Positions 60,508 to 64,000 of a stretch of DNA of 64,000 nt are shown in pieces. The notes beneath the pieces are model-generated. The model ran no database searches. It saw only the letters and a list, made by a program, of their open reading frames with translations, and was not told the origin of the DNA. The stretch lies in the NCBI GenBank assembly GCA_048937405.1, contig JBHLNF010000011.1, positions 42,119-106,118 on the forward strand, written 5' to 3'. This stretch comes from Promethearchaeota archaeon. GTDB lineage: Archaea; Asgardarchaeota; Lokiarchaeia; Sigyniarchaeales; SOKP01. Position 1 is the stretch's first letter, and each line of letters starts with the position of its first letter. The translations under genes and the position numbers were made by a program.

Positions 60508-60551
60508 TGGAAAGAATAGCAATGTTCTTTTCCACTTTTTTTTATTTTTTT
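60508..60551 (+). terminator. Hairpin plus T-tract after the ubiquitin-like gene
   Basis: TGGAAAGAAT-agcaat-GTTCTTTTCCA followed by long T runs. Confidence 0.5.
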
Positions 60552-60587
60552 ATTATTAAACTAACTGAATTCATTCCTGAATTTAAT

Positions 60588-61949
60588 TTAGAATCTATTT
60601 TTTTTTGATAATAAATCAAATGGTTCGGAATAAAAAACACCATCATTACTATGGAAGAACCCTCGTATTTTTAAGGGGTAGTTCCAACCATGTTCATTCA
60701 TCATATCTTCAAATGCTTCTCTTGAAATAAAGGCATGACAATCTTCACCATCTTGAAGTTTACATGGCAATGGAGTGCAAATTAGTCTATGCTCAGGATG
60801 AAATGGAGAAATAACAACTTTGTATTCTTCTTCTAATAGTTCAAAACCATATGAATTTATTATGATTGGTCTAACTGATTTGTTCACAGCTTTAACTCCA
60901 ATATAAAATTTATTGTTATATCCAGGAATTAACATTGATCCATTGATACTGACATCTAATTCTTTTTCTTGAGATTGGATTTTAACTAAATCATTTTCTA
61001 TAGTGTGATTAATTTTATTTTTTTTTTCTAAGCCTAGCTTTTTGCTTATTGCGTTTAGTCTTTTCTCATCGATTTCTAAATTTTTACCCCTAATATTTTT
61101 GTAAAGTAATAGAAGAGCCTTAACTAAATGATTTACATCTTCTTTCCAATTTCTAACAAAATTGCTATTTACATGACTATGGATTTCATGTACATTCCAA
61201 TTTCCAAATTTTTTGATTTCGTTTAATTTCTCGATTACTTTTGAATTTATTGCATTTTTACTGAAGGGAATAATTTCATGATCTTTTAATTCATTTAGTA
61301 ATAAAATCAATTGAGAAAAATCTCGGATTCGATTTTTATTAGGATTGAAAAACAATATTGTATATCTACTTGCTAAACCATCTTTAAAAATATACCATAA
61401 GAGGTTTTCAAAAATCGTTCTTAATAAGATTGGAAGTGTCCGAAATAATATTTTATCTTCAGCAGTTTTGTTAATTGCTTCTTTAAATTCATCAAATTCT
61501 AATAAATCAAAATCTTTAAACTGTATATCAACAAAATCAATTTTATTTATACTTGCTTTTTTTACTGAATACTTAGATCGAAATTTATCAATAATTTCAG
61601 CAAGTGGTTCTAGATCTCTTATTATTCCCTTTATTTTGTAAGCATGTTCGTAATGATAATAACCACGAGTATTCCAGCCTTTATTGAATAAATTAAAATT
61701 ATTTTCCTTAATTTCTTCTGCTAATCTAATAATTTCGGGTAAAAAGAGGGAATCTTTTAAATTAATATGAATTAAGCCATAACTCTCTAATATTTGTTTT
61801 TCGGATTTTAATAGTTTTTTTCGATCTTCTTCATAATATAGATTTGGAAGCATTTCAAAATATTCTATAATTTCATGATATAATTCTTCAAATGGATTTT
61901 TTATTAATTCAGCAATGATTTTCTTAAGTTCTTCTAAAATAATCTCCAC
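60588..61949 (-). CDS. Hypothetical protein with central HEPN/DUF4145-like domain
   Basis: ILLRTIFENLL...IKKFGNWNVHE resembles DUF4145 (R..GN...H); beta-rich C-terminus. Confidence 0.5.
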   Translation of the reverse strand: MEIILEELKKIIAELIKNPFEELYHEIIEYFEMLPNLYYEEDRKKLLKSEKQILESYGLIHINLKDSLFLPEIIRLAEEIKENNFNLFNKGWNTRGYYHYEHAYKIKGIIRDLEPLAEIIDKFRSKYSVKKASINKIDFVDIQFKDFDLLEFDEFKEAINKTAEDKILFRTLPILLRTIFENLLWYIFKDGLASRYTILFFNPNKNRIRDFSQLILLLNELKDHEIIPFSKNAINSKVIEKLNEIKKFGNWNVHEIHSHVNSNFVRNWKEDVNHLVKALLLLYKNIRGKNLEIDEKRLNAISKKLGLEKKNKINHTIENDLVKIQSQEKELDVSINGSMLIPGYNNKFYIGVKAVNKSVRPIIINSYGFELLEEEYKVVISPFHPEHRLICTPLPCKLQDGEDCHAFISREAFEDMMNEHGWNYPLKIRGFFHSNDGVFYSEPFDLLSKKNRF

Positions 61950-62004
61950 CAGTTAAATGTTTTATAAATTCTATTAAACTCTGTTTATTTTATTTTTCTT
62001 AATA

Positions 62005-62448
62005 TTAAAATCCTTTTTCATTTAAGTATTTGTTACATAATTCATCACTTTTCTTTATAAAGTGATGTTCACGATTTACGTGAAAAAACTCTACGTTTTT
62101 ATATTTTCCACATAATCCATACACTTCTGCACATAATTGTGAAAGATGTTTAGCCTTTATTCTATAAATCTTATTTATTTGTCTTATTACTAGTTCACTA
62201 TCAGAATAGACTTTTAAATGCCACCTAGAGAATTTTTCTGCTTCTTTTAAAGCATTTATTATTGCTTGATATTCAGCAATATTATTTGTAGCTTCTCCGA
62301 TATATTCACTATTTTGATAAATAATATCAGTACCTTTGACAAATATAAAAGCACATGATGAAGGTCCCATATTCCCTCTAGATGCCCCATCAACATATAT
62401 TTCTAATATATCACCTTCTTTTATTGGATTTATTTTATATTTCCGCAT
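62005..62448 (-). CDS. rnhA: Ribonuclease HI
   Basis: YVDGASRGNMG, TNNIAEY, DSELVIRQ, HVNRE. Confidence 0.93.
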   Translation of the reverse strand: MRKYKINPIKEGDILEIYVDGASRGNMGPSSCAFIFVKGTDIIYQNSEYIGEATNNIAEYQAIINALKEAEKFSRWHLKVYSDSELVIRQINKIYRIKAKHLSQLCAEVYGLCGKYKNVEFFHVNREHHFIKKSDELCNKYLNEKGF

Positions 62449-62732
62449 AATCTATAATCAATATGAGTCTTTCCTCAGTATATTAGTATAATTACTTTTT
62501 GTCTCTTTTGTAAAGAATAGATGAAAATTCTTTTAAATTTATTTGTTAATCAAGCAAATTTAAATATTTTCTTTTGAAATTCAGAGAGAATGTGAAGGAT
62601 TTATATATAAATGTTATTTATTGATGTAAATTTATATTATTATTTCAAGGATTTTTCTTTTTTTTAGAGTCAATAAATCAACCAACTCTTTCACTATATA
62701 AATAAAAAATAATTCTAAAAATTAGAAAAAAA

Positions 62733-63845
62733 TTGGAATTATCTAAAATAATTATGAGTATAAAAAAAAGAACATTTGTATTAAATATTATAAAAGAACT
62801 TGGAAATATTAAAGGGGAAATGTTTCTCCAAAAACTCTTATACTTTCTCTCCTATTATAAAGTAGGGGAAATTTATTATCACTATGATAAAAATCATTAT
62901 GGACCTTATAGTTATGAATTAAAGGGCGATCTAAATTATTTTGAAAATGAAGGATTTATAGATATAAATAGTGTTAACAGAACTCATTATATTATCCCAA
63001 ATGAACAAAAAATTAATGAATTCTTAATTGACAATCAGAAGGATTTGAAAAATGGTAATAGAGATTATTTAATAAGAGTTAAAATTTTAGATATATTTAA
63101 TAATGATTTAAGAACCCTTGATCGAATAGAGTTATTCTCAACTATGCATATTTTAGTTGTGCATGATAAAATAATATTAAAAGAACAAGTTTTTAAGGCA
63201 GTTGAAAACTGGAAACCAGAAAGGTTTACTTTAGAAGATAAAAAGAAAATTTGGAAAATTTTAATTGGGTATAAGATGATTCCTGAGACTGTGATCGAAG
63301 TTAATGATAGTATTGAGAAGTTGAATAATATCACAACAGGTCATAAAGATGCCTATAAATACCATAGGTTTATTGAAAAAATATTAAAAAAATTATTTGA
63401 AGATCAATTAACAAATTTTCGAATTGAAGATCCAATAAATTGGGGTAGAAAAAGAATAGATTTCGACGCAAAAAACAATAGTAAAAGTGGATTTTTCTCA
63501 GAAATCAGAAAATATCATAATATTAAATGTCCATTTATTATGTTTGAATCTAAAAATATTTCACATGATTTAAAAACTCCACATTATGATCAGATGATTG
63601 GGAGGTTTTCTTTTGATAGAGGTTATTTTGGAATCATTACATGTAGAAAAATAGAGAATAAGGTAAAATTACTTAAGCAATTAAGAGATATTTATAATAA
63701 AAATAGTATAGATAAATATATTGTTCTTGTTATTGATGATAATGATATTAAAGAAATGTTAATCCTTAAAGAAAGGGGTTTACGACCTGATGAAGTTTTA
63801 GAATTGAAACTAAAAGAATTAATATTCAATTGTACTAGAAGATAA
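62733..63845 (+). CDS. YwgA/SocA/DarG-C-like domain fused to a PD-(D/E)xK nuclease domain
   Basis: LQKLLYF...YGPYSYEL...IELFSTMH...V.NWK; C-terminal RIDF...FESKN...QM; start may be ATG at 62754. Confidence 0.6.
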   Translation: MELSKIIMSIKKRTFVLNIIKELGNIKGEMFLQKLLYFLSYYKVGEIYYHYDKNHYGPYSYELKGDLNYFENEGFIDINSVNRTHYIIPNEQKINEFLIDNQKDLKNGNRDYLIRVKILDIFNNDLRTLDRIELFSTMHILVVHDKIILKEQVFKAVENWKPERFTLEDKKKIWKILIGYKMIPETVIEVNDSIEKLNNITTGHKDAYKYHRFIEKILKKLFEDQLTNFRIEDPINWGRKRIDFDAKNNSKSGFFSEIRKYHNIKCPFIMFESKNISHDLKTPHYDQMIGRFSFDRGYFGIITCRKIENKVKLLKQLRDIYNKNSIDKYIVLVIDDNDIKEMLILKERGLRPDEVLELKLKELIFNCTRR

Positions 63846-64000
63846 AATTAGCAGACTTCGTTTTTAAGAAATAAATCAAATCGTATTGATTGTATAAATA
63901 TTAACCAAAAAATTAATTTTTTACTATTGCCTTTAGAACTAGCTTAGAATACTTTTTTAACAGTTTTTCACATTTCTTTTCAATATAATTATTATGAATC

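Noticed and set aside
960-63334. The many short antisense or overlapping ORFs in the track (e.g. 9665-10048, 19765-19989, 33915-34298, 46495-46875, 51029-51379, 42693-42911)
   Set aside because: They are shadows of well-supported genes on the other strand or frame and have no recognisable motifs
1-64000. rRNA, IS elements, transposases or prophage genes
   Set aside because: No long GC-rich structured tract, transposase motif or viral hallmark gene was recognised

Overview
Very AT-rich archaeal chromosomal window, almost certainly Asgard (Lokiarchaeia-like). This is inferred from roadblock and longin-like proteins, a ubiquitin-like gene, ITPK1-like kinases, Loki-type LRR proteins, proteasome beta, Sm-L37e and intron-containing tRNA. 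Main blocks: (1) a longin-cheW-cheY-cheA chemosensory operon with two unknown downstream genes; (2) an inositol-phosphate cluster (ino1, four ITPK1-like ATP-grasp kinases, and a HAD phosphatase with a Lys-rich tail); (3) housekeeping and metabolic genes plus tRNA-Gly(CCC) and a multi-intron tRNA-Leu(TAA); (4) the best candidate for an undescribed system, at about 44.7-54.8 kb. That locus has a translationally coupled pair of soluble LRR-TIR paralogs. One keeps the TIR catalytic Glu; the other has lost it and carries a repeat inserted in its LRR cap. The pair is flanked by a nicotinamidase, a WD40-membrane protein, a catalytically dead nicotinamidase homolog and nadA. At least two genes (E1-like and ubiquitin-like) appear to require AUU start codons. 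All family assignments come from motif recognition by eye; no searches were run.
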